Shown: positions 1 to 10,561, numbered from the stretch's first letter. The stretch is DNA of 64,000 nucleotides from a candidate division Kazan bacterium RIFCSPHIGHO2_01_FULL_44_14 (GCA_001771185.1 METB01000001.1:631200-695199), one strand, 5' to 3'. Translations and numbers: made by a program. Notes: generated from the letters alone by a model not told the origin.

Positions 1-1
1 G

Positions 2-673
2 AAGGGGAAGCCCAAGCAAACAAAGGAAGATGTAGACAATAGAATCTTTGACGCCAATACAGAAGTAGATAGTGAGTACAAACCATATCTCAGTGGAAAG
101 GATTTTAACAGGTATGTCATTTTTGGCGTTAATAAGTGGATTAAATACGGGGAGTGGTTGGCTGAACCGAGAAGCTCTCTGAATTTTGGACATAAGAAAA
201 TAGTTGTGCGTCAGACTGCTGACAAGATAATTGCGGCAGTTGATGCAAAGGGTTTATTGGATCTCAACAATGTTCACAACATAGTAATTACATATCAAAG
301 TTACTCAGAAGAGTTTGTTACCGCTTTACTAAATTCCAAATTAATGGACTTTGTCTACAATTTTTTTGTTCCCGAAACTGGTCGTGTGTTTGCAGAGGTG
401 AAGGCAGTGAACTTGGCTAAGATGCCTATCAAAAATCTAAATTCAAAAGACACGAAAATCAAGGCAACCAGCAATTTAATAGAAGAGAGCGTAAAACAAA
501 TGATAAATTTGCAGGTTGAGCTACAGGGTATAACCAAGGATACGGAACAGTATGACAGAATGTGGAGTAGGGTTGTCCAGTTGGATAATGAAATCAATCA
601 ACTCGTTTATACGCTCTACGGTCTCACGCCAGAAGAAATAAAAATTATTGAGGGGATGGGCAGGATTGGATAG
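2..673 (+). CDS. C-terminal part of a type IIG/Eco57I-like restriction-modification enzyme (TaqI-like specificity domain), 5' truncated by the window
   Basis: Frame open from base 2 (KPYLSGKDFNRY..YGEWLAEPR..KIVVRQT..ALLNSKL..VYTLYGLTPEEI). Confidence 0.7.
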   Translation, partial: KGKPKQTKEDVDNRIFDANTEVDSEYKPYLSGKDFNRYVIFGVNKWIKYGEWLAEPRSSLNFGHKKIVVRQTADKIIAAVDAKGLLDLNNVHNIVITYQSYSEEFVTALLNSKLMDFVYNFFVPETGRVFAEVKAVNLAKMPIKNLNSKDTKIKATSNLIEESVKQMINLQVELQGITKDTEQYDRMWSRVVQLDNEINQLVYTLYGLTPEEIKIIEGMGRIG

Positions 674-809
674 TGCCCGGGCGTGTCTGTGGGGACGGAT
701 TTTTTGCTGTGATTCAGGGTTTGAGTCGAGTTGTGGGCAATCGGGGAATTTTGGCTCCCAGACAGAAAACGGCTATAATGAGGGGGATATTTTTTAGATA
801 TTAGATAAG

Positions 810-1325
810 ATGCCAAGTCAATATACGGAACAGAGGGTGGGGGTCTTCATCGATGTGTCGAACATGTATTATTCGGCCAAGGCGATGTATCAGCAGAAGG
901 TGAATTTTAAGGCGATTTTGGAAGAGGCGGTCGGAGATAGAAGTTTGATTCGGGCGATTGCTTATGTGGTGCAAGCCGATATTCCCGAAGAGGCCGGTTT
1001 TTTTGATGCATTAACTCGAATTGGATTCGAGGTTAAGGCCAAGGAATTGCAGGTCTTTTATGGTGGCCATAAAAAAGGCGATTGGGATGTAGGAATTGCC
1101 ATGGACACGATTAAATTGTCATCCAAGATTGATGTGGTGGTGCTAGTGTCTGGGGATGGCGATTTTGTCCCTCTAGTTGAATTTTTGCAAAGTAACGGTC
1201 AAAAAGTGGAAGTGATGGCATTTGGTCGGAGTGCTTCGGGTAAATTGCGTGAAGCAGTAGACCAGTTTATTGACTTAGATGCTAGTCCGAAAAAGTTTTT
1301 GATTACTGAGAGGAAGCGACGATGA
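810..1325 (+). CDS. NYN domain (LabA/DUF88) protein
   Basis: FIDVSN, KGDWDVGIAMD, VSGDGDF motifs. Confidence 0.9.
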   Translation: MPSQYTEQRVGVFIDVSNMYYSAKAMYQQKVNFKAILEEAVGDRSLIRAIAYVVQADIPEEAGFFDALTRIGFEVKAKELQVFYGGHKKGDWDVGIAMDTIKLSSKIDVVVLVSGDGDFVPLVEFLQSNGQKVEVMAFGRSASGKLREAVDQFIDLDASPKKFLITERKRR

Positions 1326-1326
1326 A

Positions 1327-1464
1327 TCCCGTTAGAAACTGCCCTTGCCGGAGGTACGGGGGATAACCAGTCAACCAATGTTTACTATGATAGTTACCTA
1401 TACCAGTTTTGCGAAAAAAGAATTCTTACCAGAATTATTTTTTCGCGTAAAGTTTCTAACGGGA
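1327..1464. mobile_element. MITE-like element with TIR TCCCGTTAGAAACT and TGAA target duplication
   Basis: Perfect 14-bp inverted ends at 1327-1340 and 1451-1464; TGAA at 1323-1326 and 1465-1468. Confidence 0.7.
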
Positions 1465-4400
1465 TGAAGTTTAAGCCGATTGATTCACGAGTGGACTTCG
1501 CCAAACAAGAGGAAGAAGTTCTTGAATTTTGGGATAAGGAAAAAATCTTTACCAAAAGTTTAGAGCAACGGCATGGCGGAAAGCGCTATGTCTTTTTTGA
1601 AGGCCCGCCCACAGCCAACGCTAAGCCGGGTTTGCATCACGCATTAGCACGTTATTTTAAGGATTTGTTTCCGCGGTACAAAACCATGCGAGGGTATTTA
1701 GTGGAGCGTAAGGCCGGTTGGGATACGCATGGGTTGCCAGTTGAAATTGCAGTGGAAAAAGAATTGAAGCTAACTTCTAAACCCGATATTGAAAAGTATG
1801 GGGTGGCTAAATTTAATGCCAAGGCCAAGGAAAGTGTGTGGCAACATAAAGAGGATTGGGAAAAATTCACCAAGCGGAGTGGTTTTTGGTTGGATATGGA
1901 GCACCCGTATATTACCTATGAACCAGATTATATTGAGTCGGTTTGGTGGATTTTGAAGCAGGCCTGGGATAAAGGACTGATTTATCAAGGTCATCGAGTG
2001 GTGCCACGGTGTCCGAGATGCGGAACGGCGTTATCAAGTCATGAAGTGGCACAGGGATACAGGGAGGTGAGCGAAACTTCACTTTATGTGAAGTTTCGAG
2101 TTAAAGAAGCAGGTAGCCCCTCCCAACTACGCCAAGGCTTCGATGGACAGGCGGTACCTCGGGGTACCAGTAAAAATACATTTTTACTAGCATGGACGAC
2201 GACACCGTGGACACTACCTGGCAATGTGGCATTGGCAATAGGAAATGAAATTTCCTATTGCAAGTTAAAAGTGACTCAACGGAGTCATCCTGAGCGAAGC
2301 GATAGCGTAGTCGAAGGATCTAGCAACCAGATTCCTCGACATGCTCGGAATGACAATACAGAGTACCTGATTTTGGCGGAGGAGTTGATTGAGAAAGTTT
2401 TTGGTAAAGAGAAAGTTGAAATTGTTGATAGATTTCAAGGGAAGGATTTGGTTGGATTCGAGTATGAACCACTATTCCCAGGAGCGGTACCAGACAATAC
2501 ACCAAATTATCAAAATGCGTTTAAGGTTTATCCAGCCGGTTTTGTAACTACGGATGAAGGGACTGGCGTGGTGCATACGGCGGTGATGTATGGTGAGGAC
2601 GACTATCAACTAGGCGAAAAAGTTGGGTTACCCAAGTTCCATACTGTGCTTCCAGACGGCACTTTTGGCCCAACTGTAGGAGAATGGGCAGGGAAGTTTG
2701 TGAAGGACTCTGAAGTTGAGAAAGGAATTATTGAGTATCTCCGGGAAAATCAGTCATTATTTAAAGAAGAAAAGTTTACGCATGATTATCCGTTCTGTTG
2801 GCGGTGCGAAACACCATTGTTGTATTACGCGGCCGAGAGTTGGTTTATTGCGATGTCTAAATTACGCGACCAATTAATTAAAAACAACGATGCGGTTGAA
2901 TGGACTCCATCTCATATTAAAGATGGTCGGTTTGGTGAATGGCTCCGAGAAGTGAAGGACTGGGGGATTTCTCGCGAGCGATACTGGGGAACCCCTTTGC
3001 CATTTTGGATGCCTGTCCGTACCACTGACGGCGAAGCCGCTGTGGGCGGAAGTGATGATAAACCGATGTGTGTAGGTTCGTTTTCGGAACTTAATAAACT
3101 AGCCAAAGACCCAAGTTTGGTTGGAACCAATTTTGATCCGCATAAACCATTTGTGGACGAAATCGTATTAGTGAAAGATGGTAAGGAATTCAAAAGGGTT
3201 CCGGAAGTTTTGGATGTCTGGTTTGATTCTGGTGCGATGCCCTTTGCCCAATGGCATTATCCAATCGAGAACGCTGAAAAAATTGATCGGGGCGAGGCCT
3301 TCCCAGCTGATTTTATTTCTGAAGCAATCGATCAAACCCGGGGCTGGTTTTATACCATGTTGGCGATTTCGACTATGTTGGGTAAGCCAGCGCCATATAA
3401 GCAGGTGATTTGTTTGGGACATATTCTGGATAAACATGGCAAGAAGATGAGTAAGTCCAAAGGGAACACAGTCGACCCGTGGACGATTTTTGATAAATAC
3501 GGTTCAGATGCATTGAGATGGTATCTGTACACCATTAATCAACCAGGGTTGTCCAAGAACTTTGACGAAGAAGGAGTGAAAACAGTGGTTAGAAGGTTAA
3601 TGCTAACCATCTGGAACACTTATTCATTTTTTGTAACTTATGCCAACATTGACGGATTTATTCCTGACTTGAATGTGAAAGTTAAACCAACGGAAGTGTT
3701 GGATAAATGGATTTGGACTCGTCACGACCAATTGATTGAACATGTAACATATCATTTGGACCGATACGAGCCAATGGCGGCCTGCCAAGCGATAGAAAGT
3801 TTTGTTGATGATTTGTCGAATTGGTATATTCGCAGAAACCGTCGTCGGTTTTGGCGGACAGGTGATGCTAGTCAGACCAAAGACAAACAACAGGCCTATG
3901 TCGTGCTTCATGCCGTGCTGAAGGATTTAACTAAACTAATGGCCCCGTTTATGCCGTTTTTGAGTGAAGCAATTTATGCCAATCTAAAAACAGACGAGGA
4001 ACCAATCTCGGTCCACCTGACGACTTGGCCAAGGGCGGGCAAGGTGGATGAGTTAATCTTGGAAGAAATGAGTCAAGTCCGGCACTGGGTGGAATTGGGA
4101 CTAAATCAAAGAGAAGTGGCCGGAATTAAGGTGCGTCAACCATTGGCGAGGTTTTCAATTAAAGCCAAACAGTTAGATGGTGATTTGATTGCTATTTTGT
4201 GCGAGGAATTAAATGTAAAAGAAATTGTGTTAGGGGATAACATTGAACAGTTGGATACGAAGTTGACTGATAAACTACTGGAAGAGGGATTGGTGCGGGA
4301 ATTAGTTCGGGCAATTCAGGTCTTACGCAAAGAGTCCGGATTTGAAATTCAGGACCACATTTCGATTACTTGGCAAACCGAAAGTAAAGCACTTCGTCAA

Positions 4401-4529
4401 GCGATTAAGGTCTGGGGCGAATATATTCAGTCCGAAACCCTAGCCGATATTTTAATCCAGAGCGAAAACGATGGTTATGAGGTCAAAATAGAAGACAATG
4501 TGGTAAAGTTGGTGGTAGAGAAGAAATAA
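1464..4529 (+). CDS. ileS: Isoleucine--tRNA ligase (type 2) with three in-frame palindromic insertions
   Basis: EGPPTANAKPGLHH, GWDTHGLP, DWGISRERYWG, KMSKS. Confidence 0.97.
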   Translation: MKFKPIDSRVDFAKQEEEVLEFWDKEKIFTKSLEQRHGGKRYVFFEGPPTANAKPGLHHALARYFKDLFPRYKTMRGYLVERKAGWDTHGLPVEIAVEKELKLTSKPDIEKYGVAKFNAKAKESVWQHKEDWEKFTKRSGFWLDMEHPYITYEPDYIESVWWILKQAWDKGLIYQGHRVVPRCPRCGTALSSHEVAQGYREVSETSLYVKFRVKEAGSPSQLRQGFDGQAVPRGTSKNTFLLAWTTTPWTLPGNVALAIGNEISYCKLKVTQRSHPERSDSVVEGSSNQIPRHARNDNTEYLILAEELIEKVFGKEKVEIVDRFQGKDLVGFEYEPLFPGAVPDNTPNYQNAFKVYPAGFVTTDEGTGVVHTAVMYGEDDYQLGEKVGLPKFHTVLPDGTFGPTVGEWAGKFVKDSEVEKGIIEYLRENQSLFKEEKFTHDYPFCWRCETPLLYYAAESWFIAMSKLRDQLIKNNDAVEWTPSHIKDGRFGEWLREVKDWGISRERYWGTPLPFWMPVRTTDGEAAVGGSDDKPMCVGSFSELNKLAKDPSLVGTNFDPHKPFVDEIVLVKDGKEFKRVPEVLDVWFDSGAMPFAQWHYPIENAEKIDRGEAFPADFISEAIDQTRGWFYTMLAISTMLGKPAPYKQVICLGHILDKHGKKMSKSKGNTVDPWTIFDKYGSDALRWYLYTINQPGLSKNFDEEGVKTVVRRLMLTIWNTYSFFVTYANIDGFIPDLNVKVKPTEVLDKWIWTRHDQLIEHVTYHLDRYEPMAACQAIESFVDDLSNWYIRRNRRRFWRTGDASQTKDKQQAYVVLHAVLKDLTKLMAPFMPFLSEAIYANLKTDEEPISVHLTTWPRAGKVDELILEEMSQVRHWVELGLNQREVAGIKVRQPLARFSIKAKQLDGDLIAILCEELNVKEIVLGDNIEQLDTKLTDKLLEEGLVRELVRAIQVLRKESGFEIQDHISITWQTESKALRQAIKVWGEYIQSETLADILIQSENDGYEVKIEDNVVKLVVEKK

Positions 4530-5038
4530 TGAATCGTTTTGTTTCAAATCTCATCTTAGGTTTGTTTGTGGTGGCGTTGGTAATTGTTTATGGTGTTAGT
4601 AAACAGCCGGCAGTTTTTTCGTTGGGTCATTTACTAACGAATCAAATAGTACAGCCACCAGTTGACCAGCAAATGGCAATTCGGTTGCCGGGGGGGCAGG
4701 TGATTCAAGCACGGGTAGTAGACACCCCCGAAGCCAGGGCCCAGGGATTGTCGGGAGTGGAATCCGTTCCAGCCGATACCGGAATGTTGTTTGTGTTTCA
4801 AGATGATGGGACACAGGGAATTTGGATGAAGGGGATGAAAATCCCGTTGGATATATTGTGGCTTGATGGTCAGGGACAGGTGGTACATATTGTTCAAAAT
4901 GCTCCAATTCCAGATGATGAACAGACCGTACTTCCTATATATGAAAGCAACCAACCAGCCAGATATGTGCTGGAATTGGCGGCGGGAACAGTAGAAGCGA
5001 CTGGTTTAGAGGCAGGGCAGGTGGTCGGATTATCTTGA
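4529..5038 (+). CDS. DUF192 family protein
   Basis: RAQGLS, GMLFVF, IWMKGMKIPLDI, YVLEL. Confidence 0.85.
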   Translation: MNRFVSNLILGLFVVALVIVYGVSKQPAVFSLGHLLTNQIVQPPVDQQMAIRLPGGQVIQARVVDTPEARAQGLSGVESVPADTGMLFVFQDDGTQGIWMKGMKIPLDILWLDGQGQVVHIVQNAPIPDDEQTVLPIYESNQPARYVLELAAGTVEATGLEAGQVVGLS

Positions 5039-5105
5039 GGTGTGGTGTCTGAATAAATAAGCAGTACTTGACCCCAGACGCGTCAGGTGATAACTTTTGG
5101 AAGTT

Positions 5106-5423
5106 ATGAAATTGGCAGTCATTAAAACTGGTGGCAAGCAATACCTGGTACAAGAAGGTACGGTTTTGGATATCGAGAAACTTCCAGGCGAAGCCGGAGC
5201 CGAGATTAAATTTACTGAAGTGCTAATGGTGGCGAATGATGATTCGGTTACTTTAGGTACTCCGTTAGTGGCAGATATGGTAGTGACTGGTCAGGTGGTA
5301 GAGCAGTTTAGAGAAGATAAGATTTTGGTTTCTAAAATCAAGCGTCGCAAACGCTATCGCAGAAAAGCCGGTCATCGGCAAGAAAAGACCAGAGTGAAGA
5401 TTGTGGGGATGGTTAAAAGTTAA
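5106..5423 (+). CDS. rplU: 50S ribosomal protein L21
   Basis: AVIKTGGKQY, GHRQ; ATG at 5106. Confidence 0.96.
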   Translation: MKLAVIKTGGKQYLVQEGTVLDIEKLPGEAGAEIKFTEVLMVANDDSVTLGTPLVADMVVTGQVVEQFREDKILVSKIKRRKRYRRKAGHRQEKTRVKIVGMVKS

Positions 5424-5504
5424 AAGTGATAAGTGAAAAGTTGTGGTGTCCCCTCGGTCCCTCGGGGTATCAATCTTAGTAGGACTTATAGAATGAATTA
5501 AGAA

Positions 5505-5722
5505 TTCTCTCTTTTTCCTACCGGCCCTTCAGTGAAGGGTTGTTCTGAATTGAGCTAAATCATTGCCGCGAAGCCACTGTTTAAGGAGCGAAGCGACGAG
5601 TTTGGCTGTAAGCGGAAAAATGATTTAGCCAATGAATAAGCCCGGAACTGTCCGGGCCACGGCTTTGGTTACTTTCACCAAGAGGAAAGTAACGGCGGGT
5701 TGAGCGTCGCCTAAACGCTCAA
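5505..5722. repeat. ~200-nt structured repeat (family D), inverted relative to the other copies
   Basis: Reverse complement shares 44/46 nt with the 48975 copy and its middle module with the 43770 copy. Confidence 0.75.
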
Positions 5723-5724
5723 AA

Positions 5725-6375
5725 TTATAACCCTTTACCGTAAGACGGTGAGGCGATACTATGGAAGTCGCTAAATGGATAAATCACCACCCAAACCTTT
5801 CCGACAATTAAATGACGGGCGACTGGTCCCCAGATTCTAGAGTCAGAACTATTGTGGCGATTATCGCCCATAACGAAGTATTCGTCTTTGCCAAGAGTCC
5901 GACGGGCTTCATTAGGCGTGTCTACGCCTTGAAGGTAGGCCTCGCTTAACACAGTACCATTGGGGGTTTGTTTGTTATAAACAGTAACTCGTCCGTCACG
6001 GACTTCTACGGTTTCACCGGGTAACCCAATCACCCGTTTGATAAATGAGATGGCAGTGTTTTGTGGCCACTTAAAGACAACTACATCACCACGATGTGGA
6101 GTTCGGAAGCGATAGGTAACTTGATCAACAATGATATATTCATTGTTGTGGAAGTTGGGCTCCATTGAAGGGCCAGAGACATAGAATGGCTGGATTAAGA
6201 AGAACCGAATTAAGAAGGCAACACCCAGAACGGTGCTGACTGTCTTGAAGACATCGTAGATGAAAATCACCGTGCCAACAAAAACCGTTAGCCAGATATT
6301 TCGGCGCAGGGGTGCCTTTTTCCGCGATGAATGTTTATCGCTCTCGTCTTCGTGAGCGAAAATATCTTCAACCAT
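5725..6375 (-). CDS. lepB: Signal peptidase I
   Basis: SMEPN, IKRVIGLPGE, GDNRHNSSDSR. Confidence 0.95.
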   Translation of the reverse strand: MVEDIFAHEDESDKHSSRKKAPLRRNIWLTVFVGTVIFIYDVFKTVSTVLGVAFLIRFFLIQPFYVSGPSMEPNFHNNEYIIVDQVTYRFRTPHRGDVVVFKWPQNTAISFIKRVIGLPGETVEVRDGRVTVYNKQTPNGTVLSEAYLQGVDTPNEARRTLGKDEYFVMGDNRHNSSDSRIWGPVARHLIVGKVWVVIYPFSDFHSIASPSYGKGL

Positions 6376-6502
6376 AAGTGTTTACAAAAATCTTTTTCAT
6401 TATATATTACAAACATGCGAAAGGTTTAATGGATAGGAGAGATCGGGGCGATTAGCTTCCGTCTGCGCTCATAAGCTTCGCCGGACTACGCAGTTGGTTG
6501 AT

Positions 6503-6577
6503 GGGCGGTTAACTCAGTGGTAGAGTGCTTCGTTCACATCGAAGAAGTCAGAGGTTCAAATCCTCTACCGCCCACCA
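6503..6577 (+). tRNA. tRNA-Val(CAC)
   Basis: Acceptor stem GGGCGGT/ACCGCCC, anticodon arm CTTCG-TTCACAT-CGAAG, T-loop GGTTCAAATCC, encoded CCA. Confidence 0.93.
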
Positions 6578-6828
6578 CTATGGAACAAAAACCAATAAAC
6601 AAATAACAAATATCAAATAGCCACCAGGGGACAATAACCAAATGACAAATGACCCACCTTCGCCAGGGGCTACGGAATGGGCAGGCAAATGACCACCAGG
6701 GGACAGTAACCAAATAACAAACATCAAATAATATTCAAAGGATAATCTAGTAATATTCCGCTCCTATTGCGGAGTTTTGGTGTTGGTGCTAGGATGTGGG
6801 CATCTTTCAGATAAGGTGGTGATGTTCT

Positions 6829-7467
6829 TTGAAGAAGTGTGCTGTGGTGGTTTGTTTGTATGGAATATTTGACGATACTTTAAGGTCTCCAATCGAAATG
6901 AAAGGATATTGGCAGTATCTTCAGGGAGTAGTTGAGTTTATCAGCAGGTTGGCTGGTGTAGGTCCTGGTAGAAAGCTCGGAGGGGCTATCGTGTCTCCCA
7001 TTGTCCTGTGTGGAGGGCGAACCAATCCTGCCACATCCCTTTCGGAAGCTGAGTCAGTGTTACCAATTTTGACTCAAGCGATATCGACCAGATATCAGGA
7101 TTTTCGGAATGTTAGTGGCATGATTGGGGTCTGGCCGAGCAGTTCCCTCACGCACGATGTATTGTTGGAGAATAAATCTAGCAATACTGCGCAAAACATT
7201 CATAATGCTCTAGAACAACTGTTGAATTTTCTTGGTGAAGACAGGTGTCGAGAAGGAAGAATCCTTTTTGTTTGCGACGCAGTGCGTCGGTTTCCGGTTT
7301 GGGTATTGGCGCGCCACTTATGTGATGAGAAGGGGCTTCGCTTCGGAGGGGTGGTTGGTTTGCCCCGAAGAGATATCCACTCAAACAGCAAAACCTGGAA
7401 GCAAGTTTTGCGTGGTTGCCGTTACCTTCTTAGGTCAGACCTGATTCAAAAAGAGCTTAACGCTTAA
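6829..7467 (+). CDS. YdcF/ElyC (DUF218)-like protein
   Basis: LCGGRT..SEAE and LENKSSNTAQNI motifs. Confidence 0.55.
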   Translation: MKKCAVVVCLYGIFDDTLRSPIEMKGYWQYLQGVVEFISRLAGVGPGRKLGGAIVSPIVLCGGRTNPATSLSEAESVLPILTQAISTRYQDFRNVSGMIGVWPSSSLTHDVLLENKSSNTAQNIHNALEQLLNFLGEDRCREGRILFVCDAVRRFPVWVLARHLCDEKGLRFGGVVGLPRRDIHSNSKTWKQVLRGCRYLLRSDLIQKELNA

Positions 7468-7490
7468 GCCCCGATTCGTCGGGGCTTTTT
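7466..7490 (+). terminator. Intrinsic terminator
   Basis: AAGCCCCGA-TTCG-TCGGGGCTT followed by a T run. Confidence 0.8.
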
Positions 7491-7496
7491 ACTGCC

Positions 7497-7525
7497 TTGA
7501 CATAGAAAGGGACATCAGGTAGCAT
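7497..7525 (+). promoter_or_regulatory. Sigma70 promoter of rpsB
   Basis: TTGACA-17-TAGCAT. Confidence 0.65.
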
Positions 7526-7535
7526 AACCCCTGTA

Positions 7536-7590
7536 CGCACATCCGGAACAAATAATCCTTGGGACTAGGAGACCCAAACCGGGTGGAGGC
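7536..7590 (+). promoter_or_regulatory. Possible structured rpsB leader (S2 autoregulation)
   Basis: CACATCCGG..CCGGGTGGAGG pairing with an inner TTGGG/CCCAA stem in the 5' UTR. Confidence 0.4.
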
Positions 7591-7610
7591 AATAATAAAG
7601 GATTTGAACT

Positions 7611-8417
7611 ATGGCACAGAGCAAAATCTCAGTTGAGACGATGATGGAGGCGGGTATGCATTTTGGGCATCAGACGCATCGGCGTAACCCAAAGATGGAC
7701 CCGTATATTTTTGATGTTCGGTCGGGGATTCATATTATTGACTTAACTAAAACCGAACCGTTGCTGAAATCGGCAATGGAATTTTTAAAGGAAACCGTTA
7801 AAGGTGGTCGGCAAGTGATTATTGTTGGAACCAAGCGTCAGGCCAGTGCATTGGTTAAGGCCCAAGCCGAGGCCTGTGGGATGCCGTATGTGAGTGAGCG
7901 CTGGTTAGGAGGGCTGTTGACTAATTTTGAGACCATTAAAAAACGATTGAAATATTTGAATGAATTGGAGATAAAGTTGGCTCAACCGGATCTTGGTGAA
8001 ATGACCAAGAAAGAAAAAGTAATGTTGGATCGTCAATTAAAGGCACTTCTAACATCACTAGGCGGAGTGAAACATCTCCAAGGATTACCCGGTGCGGTGT
8101 TTGTGATTGATTTGATCAAAGATAAAATTGCAGTGAAAGAGGCCAGTAAGTTAGGGATTCCAGTGGTAGCGCTAGTGGATACTAATGCTAACCCTGACAC
8201 GGTAGATTATCCAATTCCATCCAATGATGATGCCAAGAAAGCAATTGAATATGTGTTGGAGTTGGTAGCCGAGGCCTGTACGGTAAAGCCAGTCGCCAAA
8301 GCTATCGAGGCAAAGGCAGATAAATCCGCCAACGGATCAGACAAGGTCTCTGGGGATGAGCCAATCGTGACTGACAACGAGACGACAGGTGAAACATTAG
8401 TCATTAAAGAGGAGTAA
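7611..8417 (+). CDS. rpsB: 30S ribosomal protein S2
   Basis: AGMHFGHQT, RWLGGLLTN, VDTNANP. Confidence 0.98.
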   Translation: MAQSKISVETMMEAGMHFGHQTHRRNPKMDPYIFDVRSGIHIIDLTKTEPLLKSAMEFLKETVKGGRQVIIVGTKRQASALVKAQAEACGMPYVSERWLGGLLTNFETIKKRLKYLNELEIKLAQPDLGEMTKKEKVMLDRQLKALLTSLGGVKHLQGLPGAVFVIDLIKDKIAVKEASKLGIPVVALVDTNANPDTVDYPIPSNDDAKKAIEYVLELVAEACTVKPVAKAIEAKADKSANGSDKVSGDEPIVTDNETTGETLVIKEE

Positions 8418-8419
8418 CT

Positions 8420-8956
8420 ATGGAAATTAAAGCAACTGATGTAAAAAATTTGCGGGATATGACTGGGGCAGGCATGATGGATGCCAAAAAGGCCTTGGCT
8501 GAAGCTGAAGGCAATTTGGATAAAGCCAAAGAAATATTAAAAGAACGCGGGGCAACAATCGCTGCCCAAAAGGCCGAACGGGTAGTGGCTCATGGAGTAG
8601 TGTCGTCTTATGTCCATATTGGAAACAAAATTGGGGTGTTGGTGGAAGTGAATGTGGAGACCGATTTTGTAGCGCGCGACGAACGGTTCATATCTTTTGC
8701 TAGAGACATTGCCGTGCATGTGGCGGGAATGAATCCAAAATATATTTCCGCCGATGAAGTACCAGCCAGCGAATTAGCCGAAGCTGATGACAAAGACGCC
8801 TACATTAAAGAGGTCTGTTTGGTGGAACAACCTTATGTGAAGAACTCCAGCATGACGGTGCAGCAGTTGGTACAGGAGCAAGTAGCGCATTTCAAAGAAA
8901 ACATCCAAATAAGACGGTTTGTAAGATTTGAATTAGGGGTAGTATCGACATGCTAA
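8420..8956 (+). CDS. tsf: Elongation factor Ts (short form)
   Basis: LRDMTGAGMMDAKKAL, ETDFVA. Confidence 0.97.
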   Translation: MEIKATDVKNLRDMTGAGMMDAKKALAEAEGNLDKAKEILKERGATIAAQKAERVVAHGVVSSYVHIGNKIGVLVEVNVETDFVARDERFISFARDIAVHVAGMNPKYISADEVPASELAEADDKDAYIKEVCLVEQPYVKNSSMTVQQLVQEQVAHFKENIQIRRFVRFELGVVSTC

Positions 8957-9495
8957 ACGAACTGGCGGATAAAATTAGCAAGGCCATTGAAGTACTACAG
9001 GGTGAATTAGCCGGTATCCGAGCTGGACGAGCGAGTAGCAATCTGGTTGAAAATTTATTAGTGGAGTCCTACGGTAGTAAAATACCACTAAAACAAGTGG
9101 CTAGTATCACTGTGCCTGACGCTCGGTCTCTTGCCATCCAGCCATGGGACAGGGCTAACCTGGCTGGGATTGAACGGGCGATTAGTCAGTCGGAATTGGG
9201 TTTGAACCCGGTTAATGACGGTACAATGGTGCGGTTGAACATTCCGCCATTATCAACCGAACGGAGAGATGAACTAATTAAACTGATTAGGCAACGCGCT
9301 GAAGCGGCCAAGGTGACAATCCGAAATCTGCGTCATGAGGCGATGGAGGGGATTAACCATCAAGTGAAAGATAAGGCCATTTCAGAAGATGAAAGTAAGC
9401 GGTTGCAAAAAACAGTACAGGATAAAATCGATCAAGCTAATGCGCGAATTGAGCAGGTGTTAGCCGACAAAGAGACAGAAATTAAGACCGTTTGA
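8950..9495 (+). CDS. frr: Ribosome recycling factor
   Basis: IRAGRA, IPPLSTERR. Confidence 0.97.
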   Translation: MLNELADKISKAIEVLQGELAGIRAGRASSNLVENLLVESYGSKIPLKQVASITVPDARSLAIQPWDRANLAGIERAISQSELGLNPVNDGTMVRLNIPPLSTERRDELIKLIRQRAEAAKVTIRNLRHEAMEGINHQVKDKAISEDESKRLQKTVQDKIDQANARIEQVLADKETEIKTV

Positions 9496-10187
9496 TGAAT
9501 CGGGACATACCCCAACATATTGCGTTTATTGTGGATGGTAATCGGCGCTGGGCGAAAGAGCGCGGTTTGCCAGTGTGGGAAGGCCACATGCAAGGGATGG
9601 AGACAATGGAACGAGTTTTGGATTGGTGCGATAAAGCGGGCGTAAAATATGTCACGACTTATTTATTTTCAACCGAAAATTGGGGACGGGGTGAGCAAGA
9701 ATTAAATTATTTGTTTGGTGACATTTTTACCAAAGCATTCAAAGAAAAATTTCCGCGTTTGATTGAACAAAATATTCGGTTCAATATTTTTGGCGAAATC
9801 GATCGGTTTCCGGAAAGTATGCGCCGAGGACTAATCAATCTGGTGGAAAAGACCCGAGCTAACACGGGCTTGGTCTGGAATGCTTGTTTAAACTACGGCG
9901 GACGAGCCGAGTTGGTGCGAGCGGTTCAGCAAATTATAAAGAGCCAAATGCCATCAGAGCAAATTACCAAACAAACTATTGCCGACAATTTATATTCCGC
10001 TGGAATACCAGACCCAGATTTAATTATTCGAACTAGTGGCGAACAACGATTGAGTGGATTTCTGTTGTGGCAAGGTTCTTATGCGGAATTATATTTCCCT
10101 GAAGTTTATTTTCCGGCTTTTACCAAGGCCGATTTAGAACAGGCCTTGCAATGGTATGCTGACAGGGACCGGAGGTACGGAAAATAA
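9495..10187 (+). CDS. uppS: Undecaprenyl diphosphate synthase
   Basis: HIAFIVDGNRRWA, FSTENW, RTSGEQRLSGF. Confidence 0.96.
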   Translation: MNRDIPQHIAFIVDGNRRWAKERGLPVWEGHMQGMETMERVLDWCDKAGVKYVTTYLFSTENWGRGEQELNYLFGDIFTKAFKEKFPRLIEQNIRFNIFGEIDRFPESMRRGLINLVEKTRANTGLVWNACLNYGGRAELVRAVQQIIKSQMPSEQITKQTIADNLYSAGIPDPDLIIRTSGEQRLSGFLLWQGSYAELYFPEVYFPAFTKADLEQALQWYADRDRRYGK

Positions 10188-10430
10188 CAATTAAATCACA
10201 AATCACAAATCACAAACAAAAAGTTAAATTACAAATTTCAAATAACAAATAACAAAAAAGTTGTCATCCTGAATTTATTTCAGGATCCAGACAGAAAGAT
10301 AGAAATTATTTGTTTTCTTTTCTGGATTCCGGACTAAATCCGGAATGACGGAAGGAGAATCTGGATTATTTGTTTATTGGTTATTGATGTTTGATTATTA
10401 TTTGATTATTGGTGCTTGATTATTAATTTT
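10186..10430. repeat. AT-rich heptamer inverted-arm element enclosing a GTCAT..ATGAC palindrome
   Basis: AAATCAC/AAATAAC-like left arm, TTATTTG/TTATTGG-like right arm; GTCATCCTGAATTTATTTCAGGATC..CCGGAATGAC inside. Confidence 0.7.
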
Positions 10431-10561
10431 TAACGGGGTCCCCGAAATGGTCTAATTCCGATGAACAGAGGAATGAACATTTTGGGGAATAGGAGAAATC
10501 TTTGGGCCCCAAAAGGTTCTGCTTAAAGCCAGAACCGTTAAAGCGAAAGGATCGGGACGTT

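Noticed and set aside
2111-2354. IleRS insertions as inteins or self-splicing introns
   Set aside because: Too short, no splice-junction residues or intron core, and they match intergenic palindromes.
10186-10430. Heptamer runs and palindromes here and elsewhere as a CRISPR array
   Set aside because: No constant repeat with unique regular spacers, and no cas1/cas2.
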